Shown here: piece by piece, positions 13,766 to 26,400 of the stretch
Numbering within the stretch: the stretch's first letter is position 1
Layout: every line of letters starts with the position of its first letter
Source: Gordius albopunctatus
Lineage: Eukaryota
Reading direction: 5' to 3'
Assembly: GCA_964276515.1 (NCBI GenBank)
Contig: OZ193909.1
Span: 17,174,001-17,238,000 of the forward strand
Length of the DNA stretch: 64,000 bases
Notes under the pieces: generated by a model
Database searches by the model: none
What the model saw: only the letters and a program-made list of their open reading frames with translations
Told to the model about the DNA's origin: nothing
Translations under genes and position numbers: made by a program

Positions 13766-14227
13766 AAAACGGTATCAAAAAATGGATTTAGGCCTTTGGC
13801 CGGGGTCAGATCAACTGAGACAATAGCGGCAATATATGCCTATTTACACGCCGTCCACAAAGTCGTCACAGACTCCACTACCGCATACTTTGTCTTATTA
13901 AAAGGAGGGTCAAATTCACCAGTGGTGGAAACCATCATTGCGAACTTCGTAGCAGCATACGACCTATCACACCTACTTAAACTCCACTACAATATTAGAT
14001 GGATTGCCTCCAGTAGCAACCCAGCGGACCTCCCATCCAGAACATGGCTCCCGCCAGAACGATACTCAATACCGAAAAGGGACACCAATATCCCTCCGCA
14101 GGGATTCGAATTGCCGGACCTCACCCTTCACAACAAAGACCTAGACGAGCAAATAGATATCGGCTTCTGGGAAGACGAAAATTTGGGCAATAGCAGCGAG
14201 GAAAACGGAACTGAAACCCCCTCTTAA
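13763..14227 (+). mobile_element. RNase H C-terminal fragment of a hepadnavirus-like (HEART-type) or DIRS-type reverse-transcribing element
   Basis: Frame reads STETIAAIYAYLHAVHKVVTDSTT...IRWIASSSNPADLPSR: RNase H E, D and NPADxPSR motifs; E-to-D spacing 18 aa. Confidence 0.7.
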
Positions 14228-14228
14228 A

Positions 14229-14280
14229 CACGTGACCTACGGCTATATAAACGAAGAAAAAAGACGCACCCTCATTCGCT
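14229..14280 (+). promoter_or_regulatory. Candidate Pol II core promoter (E-box, TATA, initiator)
   Basis: CACGTG 14229-14234, TATATAA 14244-14250, TCATTC 14272-14277 with the A 30 nt after the TATA start. Confidence 0.55.
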
Positions 14281-14291
14281 CTTATTTTTTC

Positions 14292-14566
14292 TGTTCCACG
14301 ATTGTTTACGCACTTTGCCCTCTCTGCTTTCTATTTACACCCTTTATTCTCCCCAAAATTTTCGTCTTACATACATATATGTTTTTTATATAGTTATGAG
14401 TTATACGCGTTAATAAAAGCCCCTGGTGAAACGTAAAAGCGTAGCCAGGGGATCCGAGAAAATAAGGCTTAACCTTCCTCTCGGATATATTTTTTTTGTT
14501 CCACGATTGTTTACGCGCTTTGCCCTCTCTGCTTTCTATTTACACCCTTTATTCTCCCCAAAATTT
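14292..14566 (+). repeat. 70-bp direct repeat pair flanking AATAAA and two stem-loops
   Basis: 14292-14361 and 14497-14566 (one mismatch); AATAAA 14412-14417; stems cccctgg/ccagggg (14420-14451) and atccgaga/tctcggat (14452-14486). Confidence 0.9.
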
Positions 14567-14583
14567 ATCCGTTTCCCCGTTAC

Positions 14584-15070
14584 ATGCCTAGAACCAAAAA
14601 CACGGAGGATAACACAGAGGATATCAGAGCCTCGCTGAGCCCTGTTAGACCAGGGGTTCCCGGTGCGGGCTCAGCGGACCTGGTAGCCCAACTGGTGGAT
14701 ATGCAGAAGGAACAGAACAGAGCGAATCAACACCAAATCGATAGCATTAGGGAGATGCTCGCCACATCGATGTCCATGGTGGGAACTAGTTATAGGCAAC
14801 CTGAGCAGCCAACAACTGCCGCTCCGATTCAGATGCCGTCGACAGTACAAATTATACCGGCACCTGACCCACCTAAGACGCCGGCCTTTTTATACCGAGG
14901 AAATCGCAAAACACACACAGGGTCTAGAAGAGTTGTTGAGGGATCCGGATCAACGAGTCCAAAAAAGGGACAGACACGAAGCCAAATATGCAATCATGAT
15001 GTCGCAAGTCTGCCTCCCGACCTCACCTCTCGAGATACTAGCAGCCCATGATAAACAACTAAAAACACTT
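14584..15070 (+). pseudogene. Frameshifted ORF1/gag- or core-like reading frame of the same element
   Basis: GC-balanced ORF MPRTKNTED...LVAQLVDMQKEQNRANQ (coiled-coil-like), apparently continuing after a frameshift near 14890 as EEIAKHTQGLEELLRDPDQRVQKRDRHEAKYAIMM; no recognised domain. Confidence 0.5.
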
Positions 15071-15577
15071 TCTTGGCGACTTGGGTGTTGCGATTTCGAC
15101 ATCTTTGAACCCCATTTCGGTTAACCAGGTTGTGTCATGCTTGGCCGCTGTTGCCCAATTGAATTTAATGGCCAGCTCGAATTTTTTTTTCGGTACATGT
15201 GGATGCGGGGAGAAAAAAAGTGTGATTATATTAGGCAATGGTTTTCATAACATTTTATAAACTGCTAGGGTGTGTGGTGATTTAAGTTCAAAACAAAGCC
15301 CATTACCATAAACTATCTTATTTTCGTTGATGGTTGTGTCATCTAAACCTTTTCAATAAAAATTGAGCCATAAACACCTAGCACAATAATTTATGAATCT
15401 TGCCAATACAGAATTTTAAGTTATTATTTATAAATTGTTTTAACTTGTATGATAGAGGATTCGATCAAGAAGATAAAAATGTTAATGTGAATAAACTTCA
15501 ATGATTTTAATTAAAATATTAGTAGAAAATTTTGCCTCTTATAACATCTATTAGGTTACCTTAACTTATGTATACTA

Positions 15578-15721
15578 AAGAGCTGTACGGGCCATTTTTA
15601 CAAGGTCGGCCCGTCTACCCGTTTTACAAACTGCTAGGCCCGTCCGAACCCGCCCGTAATTTTTTTTAATCATTTTAGGCCCGTCCGTACCCGCACCCGG
15701 ACCTGCCCGTGCAGATCTCTA
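15578..15721. mobile_element. hAT-type MITE
   Basis: TIR-like aagagctgtacggg / cccgtgcagatctcta with GGCCCGTCCG subterminal repeats. Confidence 0.65.
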
Positions 15722-16215
15722 TTACATTTTGTACGGAGAGCCTTTTATACCATTGATTAAACGATTACAATCATCTCTTTTACAGAGAGAAGGAAAGTAG
15801 AAAAATACAAATACCTCAATAATTTCATTTTAGTCCTAGTAATGGCCACGACCCTCGGTAATTTAGGTCCCGAGGGTAGTCAACAAATATCAAAATTTAA
15901 ACCTAAATTACATACGACCCCAAAGAATTTTTTAATATTAATCAGAAAATCACGATAGAAATTGTAAAATCCAATACAATTCCGATCCACGGTTCTATGC
16001 CTGCTCAATCTATAATATTTTAGCATATGGCTTATACAATAAGTTGGAAATAAACATCTATTAGCTTCAAATATATGATTAAAATTGATTAATTTTAAAA
16101 CAAAAGCCCTATCCGTAAGCCCAAAATTTAATCTCGTGGACACAATATTGATTCAAGTAGTGGCAACCACAATCGGAAATTTACTCTCTTTAAACAAATT
16201 GAAAAAACGATCTCT

Positions 16216-16504
16216 AAGGGCTTGTTTTAATATCGGATTCAGATTCAAATGGCGCGAATTTATCTTTATCAAATATCCGATTCAATTTCATGTGTCAAAT
16301 TCGGTTGAAATTATTAATATTTTGTTTTTTGTTAGTTAAAACTGTTTTTTTTTGTTTATTTCAACTCTTGATATTAATTGCTGTTTTGTTATGCGTCTGA
16401 AATGTGAATCTGCTGCTGTGAATTCGAAGTTAAGACACGGCTATATTATAACCCGTACAATGATTTTTGCTGCGCAGCTAAATCCGATATTAAGACAAGC
16501 CCTA
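16216..16504. mobile_element. MITE with 24-bp TIRs
   Basis: agggcttgttttaatatcggatt / aatccgatattaagacaagccct; flanks atctct/acctct. Confidence 0.8.
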
Positions 16505-18343
16505 ACCTCTCATTGGATTTTGAAAGAGTCCTTTTTATCATGCAAAAGATCACAATAAAAATGGTTAAATCCAACACGATTTACATACACGGATCAATGC
16601 CATCCGTTTAGTTTAAGCGCGTTTTTATAGTTTTTTAGTCGTGAATGTTTGTTTTTTTAGCTACCTATTCTACCATAGATTAAATTTTATGATTTAAAAC
16701 GAAAGATATTATCTAATTTTTGCACGATATTCAATTTAAACAATGAATAAATTTAATTTTTTATTTTTTTAGGCAGTAATTTTTTAATTTAAACTCAATT
16801 TTAATTAAACTTTTTTAAATCAAATTATATAATGTAAAGAAATGTAAAAAAAGTATTTGGCTCCAAACAATGTTTTGACGGTAAAATAACAAAATTAAGT
16901 GAAAGCAAAATCCGGATAATTGGAAATTTTTAAAATAGTCAATTAGATTTCGACTGGGCCTACTTTTTTTGCAGTTAATAATTTAAAATTAAATTTTCAT
17001 TTTTAATTAATTTGTTCTCTAAATTCTCAATTCTAAAAATCGGAAATGTCCAAAACTAAGACCTGGTTAATATTCATTCATACTGCTGTCAATTTACAGA
17101 GGTTAGTTTATATTTTTAACAGAATTTATTACAACAAATAATAATATTTGTAATACTTTTTGAGATTTTTTTATATTAGTTTTCTAGTAAAATTGATTAT
17201 TTTTTAGTAATGGGTCATGTTGAGTTTATCTATGATGTAAATTGTCAAGAAAATTTGGGAGGGTTAATAAACTGTGTTAATTTTATTTTAATTCTCATAT
17301 TTACAGAAAAATCCGTGAAAATATAGAGGAATAACACTATTTAATAAAATTTTATACTTAAAAAAATTAATTTTAAAAGTTAATAATCAAACTTTACATC
17401 GGATTGGTAATTTATTTCAACGAATAAAACTATAAATTAGCTATAAATAATTCAACAATTTCAATAAACACATCGAAATCTAAAATGAATTTTAAAAGTA
17501 TTTTAAAAACGTACATTAAATTTAAAATAAATGGGGATTTCAACTAGTCAATCATCTATTCTTTTAATAAAAAACAAAATTTTGCGAATTTTTCTGAATT
17601 AAAATTAGAAATTAAATCAAAATTACAATTTTTATTATATTTATAGGTGTATCGACCTTCGATTCAAACACCTCTACAAGTAAAATAAATTCCATTTAAT
17701 AACAAACAGCACGAGCTATTATTTTTTTCCTTTAGCTTCTTTAGATAGGATGGCATTAGCTTTGAATGGTAAATTTGAGTTATCTTTAAAAATAATAAAA
17801 TATGATAAATATAAAATTTTATGTCAATAACCGTTATTTAAATTATACCCTTGTCTTTTAAATCAGCGAAAATCCAAAAACTCGCCTATTTAAGTAAGCT
17901 TCTATAAAACTTTCCTTTTCGTGGCCGTAGCCGAGGTCTAAATCCAAAATTTTTTTAAAATGTATTGAAATTATGGTTAAAATTTCAAAAAATTATCATT
18001 TTGCCCCTCCATTACCCCCTCCCCTCTAAAAAATACTGTTATCGAGTCATTCCTGATAATGTATAGATTTATGGGTTATACCTATGGTTTTATTTTATTA
18101 ATTCTAGCTAACCAGTTATAACGTATGAAGAAAAGTAAGCAATGCTTTGCAACTCATATAGACCATGTATTGAACTTTAAAGTGTTTTTAAAGGGGGGGG
18201 GGCAAATACTTGACATTTTCCCATATAATTTTTGATGATCCTATTTTATGCTACTAGCTTTCAAAATCTTTTATTTTTACAAATAACGACTCTGGTAATA
18301 TGCCTTATTAGTTTTTAAAATTGATAGCTACGAAAAACATATA

Positions 18344-18668
18344 CAGTAGAAACTTCTTAATCGCAAATCGGATTATCGCGAAATCTTTTACTCGCGAAGT
18401 TAACCGCCATTGTGTTTTTTTTCAAACGATAATATTAACAAAAACATCGTTTATGGACAAATCGGTTAATAGTACAATATCGGATATTCACAAACATTTT
18501 CGAGTCCTTAAATCAACCATACAATTATATAAAATATCGTTTTATTGCGAAGCGTAAGAAATGAATATTTACTATATGTCTTTATATATTTAATATTTTC
18601 TACTTTTACATCGGTTAATCGCGAATTTTTTTGAGGCACAAGGCTTTGCAATTAAACTGTTTTGACTG
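18344..18668. mobile_element. Tc1/mariner-pogo-type MITE
   Basis: TA|CAGT...ACTG|TA termini with imperfect TIRs. Confidence 0.7.
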
Positions 18669-18873
18669 TAAACATAAAAAAACTAGCACGCCTGAGCTGT
18701 TTTTTAAGCACTTCAGGATGGATCGAACCCGTCGGTCATCTTTTTTATGCACTTTAAACCCGGCACCTACCAACCCCATATAAATTTCAAATTTAAAAAA
18801 TATTTTCTTAAAAACGTTTTAATATTTATAAATTGGATATGCTAGAATAATATATGCAAAAAACATAAAACGA

Positions 18874-19041
18874 CATGGGCCTAGCCAAGGGGGGTGGGCA
18901 GAGAGGGGCGGATGCCCCCTCTAAATCCAGAAATTTGTTAAAATTTAATAAAATTATGCCTAAAATTTCAAAAAATGTTCATTTTGCCCCTCCCTAAATC
19001 ATTTTCGCCCTCCTATAATTCGAATGCTGGCTACGTCCATG
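18874..19041. mobile_element. hAT-type MITE (CATGGGCGTAGCC family)
   Basis: TIRs plus 8-bp TSD taaaacga/tataacga; partial copies near 12608, 17921, 20336. Confidence 0.85.
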
Positions 19042-19694
19042 TATAACGATAATAATAATAATTAATAGAACAATGATAATATATATATACACACTAGGAA
19101 TGCAATATCTATATCAATAACATTATATTAAAATAGTCCCCCATAAGATTAATATTCATCGTATTATCTTTTTGGGGGTCTAAGTCTATGAGGTCTTGGC
19201 ACAGCATTGCTACACCGAACAAAATGAAATATCTTTAAAACTGTGTTGTTAATTTATGTCACAACATCAGTTCTAAAAGTATTCAACCCACGGAAGAAAA
19301 AATTTTAGCTTTAAAGAATGGTAAAAGATCCACAGATAAATCCGAACTTAAGGGATTAGGACGTATTTAGGCAAATTTATACGTATGTTAAAATCACGTG
19401 TTCCATTGCACAACCTTTTAACAAAGAGTCTAAATGTAAATATGAATTTGAGATAGCAACAACAGGATTGGGGGGCGGTGTTAATGCCCGTGGGTTCGGA
19501 TGAACAAAGGCCTATTGCCCATGCTATGCGTATGCAGCAAGGGTTTTAGGTCGAGCAGAAAAGAAATATTCCATATTCGACTCTTTCCAAAGAAGCTGCT
19601 GTTAACAAATTTTCCCGATAGATTTATGGGACAACATTCATATTAAAAAGAGATCACCGACCGTTACAATACATTTTTGGTCAAGACGGACATC

Positions 19695-19955
19695 CATAGA
19701 CTAAAAAAACCATAGACTGCCGAACAGCCGATTTTTACTATTTATTAAAATAATTCATACACTAAAATAGCTGCCATATTGTAGGAAAAACTCTCCACGA
19801 TAAAATATTGAAGAAAATAAATAAGACTAATAGCTTAATTTATAAATTAATAAAAAATAAGTAAATTAAAATAATATTTTATTGTTTGGTTGCAATTGCT
19901 ATATTTTCTGAAAAATTATCAGCTGTTCGGCAGTGTATGGTTTTATTAGTCTATG
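19695..19955. mobile_element. P-element-like MITE (CATAGAC TIR)
   Basis: ~34-bp TIRs catagactaaaaaaaccatagactgccgaacagc; 8-bp TSD cggacatc/cgaacatc. Confidence 0.85.
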
Positions 19956-22900
19956 CGAACATCACTATAATTGCAACCTGGGGTTATAAAGATAGAATAC
20001 TAAAATGGCCTATGAATTTAAGATTGAGTATATTTCTGAAAAGACAAACTAAATCGCAGATACACGATTGAAGATTAAAAGTTTTCCAGAAAAACGTTAG
20101 TAGATGAAGAAAAGACCGAAGGTTGAATTATGCTATTGATTTGATAATTGATAGGTTGTAATTGGAGCAAACCTATCAATGATGCAACCAATCGAGGATC
20201 ATTTTCCCCGAAAAAAGATGAGATATCGATTGAAAATGATTTAATCTTCACCTATATTAAAGTTATTGTTTAGCAGTTTATCATAAATTATTATTGAAAT
20301 TAATTTCAAATGAGAACCAACTAAATTCTGTGAAATAGGCGTAGCCAAGGGGATGGGGACAGGGAGGGGTGGCTGCACCTCTCTAAATTTAAAAATTTGT
20401 TATCAAAATTATGGCTAAAATTTCAAAAAATAATCATTTTGCCCCTTCCTAAATCATTGTTAATTGGTATTAAAAGTATTGTGTTGAGCGGTTCTAAGTG
20501 TTGAAATTTGATGTAAACTTTCTTGTGAGGCAACGATTTGGCGAACCAATTTTTTTTTATCCTTTGTCAAGCAATTTAGTCTATAATCCACAACGATGTT
20601 TAAACTATCAAACGAGACTGATTTGTGCTCCTACAAAAGTTGGTGGGCAGTCGCTCGAAGAGGAGAAAAATTATATTTTTCTAAAATCAAAATATAATTA
20701 AATAAAGAAATACATAACCTTAAAAATCAAAAATTGGCTATGGGACTATAGATGAGATAACATTTATAAATATTCATTCAGATATTCGGTTGCAAAATAC
20801 AACAACCATCGTAACCTCGCAAGGGGGTCATGATGAAAATGAGACTTTGCATTAAGGCCATTGAAGAAGGTGATGAATTATAAATATTACATTTAAACAC
20901 ATTCTTATTAAGTACTTAACAATATGTAAATCTTTTCATTCAATTACCACATCATTAATAAACGAACTTCATTTAGTCTACTACTATGTGTTGATCATTA
21001 ATTTCATTTTTAACTAATTTTAAATACTTTTGAAGAGTTGTTAATCTTTTTGTAAGGTAAACTAAGTCTGATAGCGGATATAAATCAAATAATTGTAGTA
21101 GTGATAGTTTTGTCAAATAAAAAATCGCTTCAAGCGCCTATTGCATTTCTCTAATAATTAAAAGCAAAAACGCCAGTCCAAGTTATATTAGTAGTCACAG
21201 AAATAAAAGTAATTGATGGGGATTACTACGTGTGACGTTCGAATAAAACTGGGGAATCAACAAGTTTGCAGGTTTTTAACCGATATTGCCCTTTAAAATT
21301 GTTGGTTTCCCAATGCGACGCTCAAACTATCACTATTCTACCGTAAATTGGGTTAATATATTATTAAGTTTATTATTATATTTCAAATAGATTATAGTCA
21401 AGTGAGAGTCAAACTTACACCGAGAGAAGCCAAAATAATAAAATTTGAAATGTGTTTGCAACAATTCTCAAGTTTAAGCCATCTGGTCGCATTCCCTAGC
21501 ACGGGTATAATTTTATTTATAGTCGTTGATAAACATTCCGTAGAAGGTTAAAGGTGTCCCCATCTCTTATAAAAAAGTGTCATGTAGTTACAAAAAATTG
21601 AAACATGCGAAAAATGTTGTGTAACTTCATGAAAATTATTATAATTTTTGAAGGGCAGATTTTGATTTGCAAAACACATATACTACCTTTCGTTGTATAA
21701 ACTCAATAAAATAATAAAGATATATAATTTATTAATTCTCAAACACATATCATATTTATAAAAAAATTAATATTGTTTAGCTTGGTATTAACAACATATT
21801 TGGATTTTTACTATGTCTCCATACTATCATATAAAGATATTAATTCACTTGATAACTGAAAAAATAGAAAGGGGCCCGGGCCCAGTTTTAGCTTATAATT
21901 TGTTTCCACTTTACAAAATCCAAAGTCATTTTAGATTTTCCTTCCCACAAGTCGCGTTTCCAAATTTCTTAATTTAAAACACATGACACCATCTTCTTCA
22001 TATTGTGATTGAGGTTTGAGCCATTCTCTTGAATTATCCGTGCTCGTACCATAACATTATTCGACCGAATTTAAACAATAGTATTAGAGACGTAAGGGCG
22101 CAGAGGAACAGTGATGTGGCACACCAATATATGATGTATTGATTGATTTAAACAATTATTAAATGACAAATTCCTTATAATCCTTTGTTAATTTACATTA
22201 CAAAAACTGGTAGTGACTTTACTATTATTTACCTTAGGATGGGCGATGCTTAAGCGAACTGGTGCTAACATAACCTGTAAATCATGTTTTCTTTCGTTTT
22301 TGCGATTAAAGTCAAAACTGATGAGATATCAATAGACAAAAGAGATTAGAAATACATTATCGCCAAACTCGTTGCACCTTTCAAAATGGTAACAGAGTTG
22401 GGGACCTAGGAGTCCAGCAGTTTTACCAACTGCGACCAATATATATTATATACTATTTGAAATTTTTTTAGCAAATCAATTTAATTAAATAGATTAAATT
22501 TAATATTTATAATAAATAACACAAAAAATTGTAAAAAGACATAAAAACTAATGTAAATTTTTCACAAGTTTTACATGATTATTAAATGAAAATGCTTTAC
22601 AACTATGAATAGGAAACACTGATAAATAAGGTACCTTAAATGCAGGTATCCTACCAATGGTCAGATAAGAGTATATATAAGCACATTATTCAAACACACG
22701 CCACTGCACAAATAAAGATATATATATATATATATATATATATTTAATTCACTCATTTATTGAATCATATGTAACATTATTTTAAAATGAAATAATGTTG
22801 TTGGGTATGATTTTTCATTTAAAATACAAATTATATGAAAAAGATTTATAAATTTGAAAACTAATGTAAAACCAACAAAAATATCATATCTAAATAATGA

Positions 22901-23495
22901 AAATAAATTTTGAAAAAAGTGATATTGTGTGATAAATCTATATTTATTGCCTTCCAAAGGTAACTATCAACGGTTGTATTCTTCAGCGCGGAAAATTTGG
23001 ATTAAACATAGGTCCCTTGCGTGGAGGACCCACTAAAAAGATAATATTGATTTAATAGCTAAAATTAGTAACTAAAGTATTTTAATTTAGGTAATATATT
23101 TTAATTAACAAAAATTAAAAATCGAGCTAATTTCAAAAAATCGTCTGCGTTTTTAGGGTATGAACAAATTCAAAAACTGATCTTCCCCAAGTCAAATTCA
23201 AAAATTACATATTAGTTGATTCAAATTCATAATATTTTGCATATCCATAATTAGAAAAATCCTCAAAATTTCAAAAATACAAGTTTATTTTAAAAAATAG
23301 CCAGTATTTCCTAAAGTACACGTTATTTTCATGTTAATTAGACTAATAAATAAATCATAACCTTTGCCAATTACTAATTATTATGCAATAGAAGCATTAA
23401 AGGCACTTCATGAGTAAAAACAATACATTTAAGTACATGAGGATTTGAAACAAGCATATATGTAAGTTTTTAATTTTAAAAAGTATGAAAGGGGG

Positions 23496-26400
23496 TCAAC
23501 AACTATTACTCATCATGAATGGAAATCTCATGGGGTCTGGTCCCATACCAGGGCCCCCAGCAGGCCTAAACATGGGAGTACCCCTCATAAACTGAGGTGG
23601 GCCTCCGAATTGTGATGGCCTCATAAGTTGATGATGTGGCAGTGGAGGTCCGCGTGGGTAAAAATTGTTGTTTTGAGCAGGGGCTTCTGTTGGCCCTCCT
23701 ACAAAGTAACCATCTGGCGTAGGGAAATAATTAGAGGATTGAGATAGGTAGAGATAGGGATTGTTTGGTGGACCATCTGAAAGACCCTGCGATACTGGTT
23801 TAGGAGGTGAAGGCTGACCATCGCTGGCTGGATAGAGATTTGAGGCTTCCGTACTAAAAATGTCTGCTGAGTGGTGTAATTATTAAAAAATACTCGTGAT
23901 AAGAAAGAATGGGTTTAAGTTTTTAATATATAAAACCTCCTTGACCAAATAGAAACTTTCGAGAAAGTTTTTATATATATGTTTAATATTATTTACACTT
24001 TTCTGGTTTAAGTGCATTCCTTAATAATATTAAGTGTTGAGGTGTAAAAGATTATCTCATTAAAAACATGTGACTGCCAGAGCCAACATTCAGTAAAGTT
24101 TTCTGTCAACTTAAATTCCGAGGTCTTGTTTTTACCATTAGTCTTAAAGTTAAGATTATATATAAGGCCTAAGCTTGTAAATATCGAACCTGGCAACCAA
24201 TAAAACTTGCCTACATTAAATAGATTTTCAGATTCCTAAAATTCCTTTTAGTTTTAAAAATATCTGACATTTCCTGGCCAGTTTCATTTATAGCATCATA
24301 TACAATAATGACGTCATACATACAAGGCTGAAGTTTTCTCGAATTAGATATTTAAAAGTATGATAAAAGTGTTACAGTATACGGTCAAAATTATTGGGTT
24401 TTAACAAACTATTTAAATTAAATAAATAATATTTAAATTAATAGCTTTTGTAGAATCCTTAAATTCCTTTTAGTTTTAAAAATATCGGACATTTCCCGGC
24501 CAGTTTCATTTATAGCATCATATACAATGATGACGTCATACATACAAGGCTGAAGTTTTCTCGAATTAGATATTTAAAACTTTTAAAATTAAAAGTATAA
24601 TAAAAATGTTACAGTATAAGGTCAAAATTATTGGGGTTTAAGAAACATTTAATTTAAATAAATAAAATAGTGGTTTATAAACACTTTTGTCACTCAACTG
24701 TGCATGTTATCGCTAAACATCGCTACCTAATAAGTATTTAAAGCTATTAAAAATCTATTTAATTAATAATAAATATGCCTTTTTCTATTAAGTTAATATT
24801 TATTTGCATAATATAAAAATACATTTTTCACATCACAAACTCTCTTTCAGCTGACCCAAATGCTTTCATATATTTCCTATTGCTAGGTACCAATTATTTT
24901 GCCAAATAAGTACTAAGCCAAAGCAATGCTTGGCCGGGCACAGGTAGTATATTAATATTTGTCAATATATTTAGCAATAACAATTTTATATAATGTAAAT
25001 TAAAGTTTTATAAGCTTGCTTATTTTACTTTTATTCAGTAGCAAACTAATGTATATCCTTTAATTTATATGATTTAGTGTATATAGCAAATTTAGTTTTC
25101 AATTTTTTGTCAATTAGATATTAACAATTGTAGAATTTGTAAACTTTATCTTAATGTTAAATTTTTTAAATTTTCCTAATTCTATATATGATTTAAATTT
25201 ATCAATCACCAGGTTAAAAATAGTTTAAATTTTTGATAATATCTAATATTTATTAATCATAAAGTTCTAATAGCCTTTCTTATGGAAACATAAATGGCTA
25301 ACTTGGTGCACTGAAGATTGATACTGCAGGCATAAGGTCTGGCATTGAGGGGAAAGGAGGTGGTGGCCTAAAAGGAATGATTTTTGGCTGATTTGAAGTT
25401 TGATTGGGCAACATAGGTGGTACAATATTATTCATGTCAGTTGGAAAGGTAGGAGGATGTAGAACATTTAGCATTTGAGGTGTTGATTGAGGTATTATTT
25501 GCAAAACAACATTTTCACTTACGTTTGAGTCTCTTGTAAGCAGCTTTTCGACACACTTAGATTTATATTTGGGTAAAAGTGCCCTGAGCTCCTCCTTCAC
25601 ATAAAAAAATATAGAAAATTAGTTTTTTATGATAAGGAAGTTGATGCAATTCAACAAATTATAAAAATACTTGTAAAAATTAAACTTATAATAATTACGG
25701 CAGATAAATTAGGGTCTGGGTGCATGATTTTAACAACTAATCCGGAGGAAGAAAGTATGACAGGTGAATTATGGGTGGTTGATTTTATTCCATTTAGTAC
25801 TGTCTCATTTGAACTATTTAAGAAATTTTTGAGTGTTGGATTTAGTTCAATATTGGTGGTGACATTAGAAGGTAAAGGTGAAACATGTTGTTGAGGGGGT
25901 AGATGATTCACATTATTTGTTCTGTCAAATAAGAATTCAAAAGACTATTAAATACAAAAAAAAATTAATTACTTAGATGACATATTGGATTCTAAATTAG
26001 CATAGGCTGGAAACATTGGTCTTACATTTCCAGGTTCTAAAACACCCATAATCTATATAATAATAACAATATAAAGTTTGTAGTAATTATTTATATCTTA
26101 ATAATCCAAAAACTGATTAAGATAAGGCAACAATAGGTGATAAAATTACTTGATTAGAATGAAAATTTTGCCTCAATGGTGGTGGTGGAATATTAGGAGG
26201 TATAGCAATGTTGTGTGAGGCAATGCTATGGATCCTAAAAAAATTAGTTATTAGCAATTATAAGTACAACTAACATGGGAGGTAAAATTGGGGGAGGACC
26301 CAATGGAGGTGCATTCATTGAAACTGGTGGTGGATTGCACATGGGAAAATATCCTTTAATCATAAGAGTATTATAGATTATACAATTTTCTATAATTTAT

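Noticed and set aside
21840..22140. Minus-strand frame of ~100 codons interrupted only by TAA (similar case at 3028-3152), raising stop-codon reassignment
   Set aside because: TAA is the commonest chance stop in AT-rich DNA, the RTE ORF at 59-712 ends in TAA, and no TAA occurs within the conserved genes; decayed coding sequence or chance is more likely.
22318..22355. CTGATGAG...GAAA hammerhead-like core
   Set aside because: No credible stem II or flanking stems.
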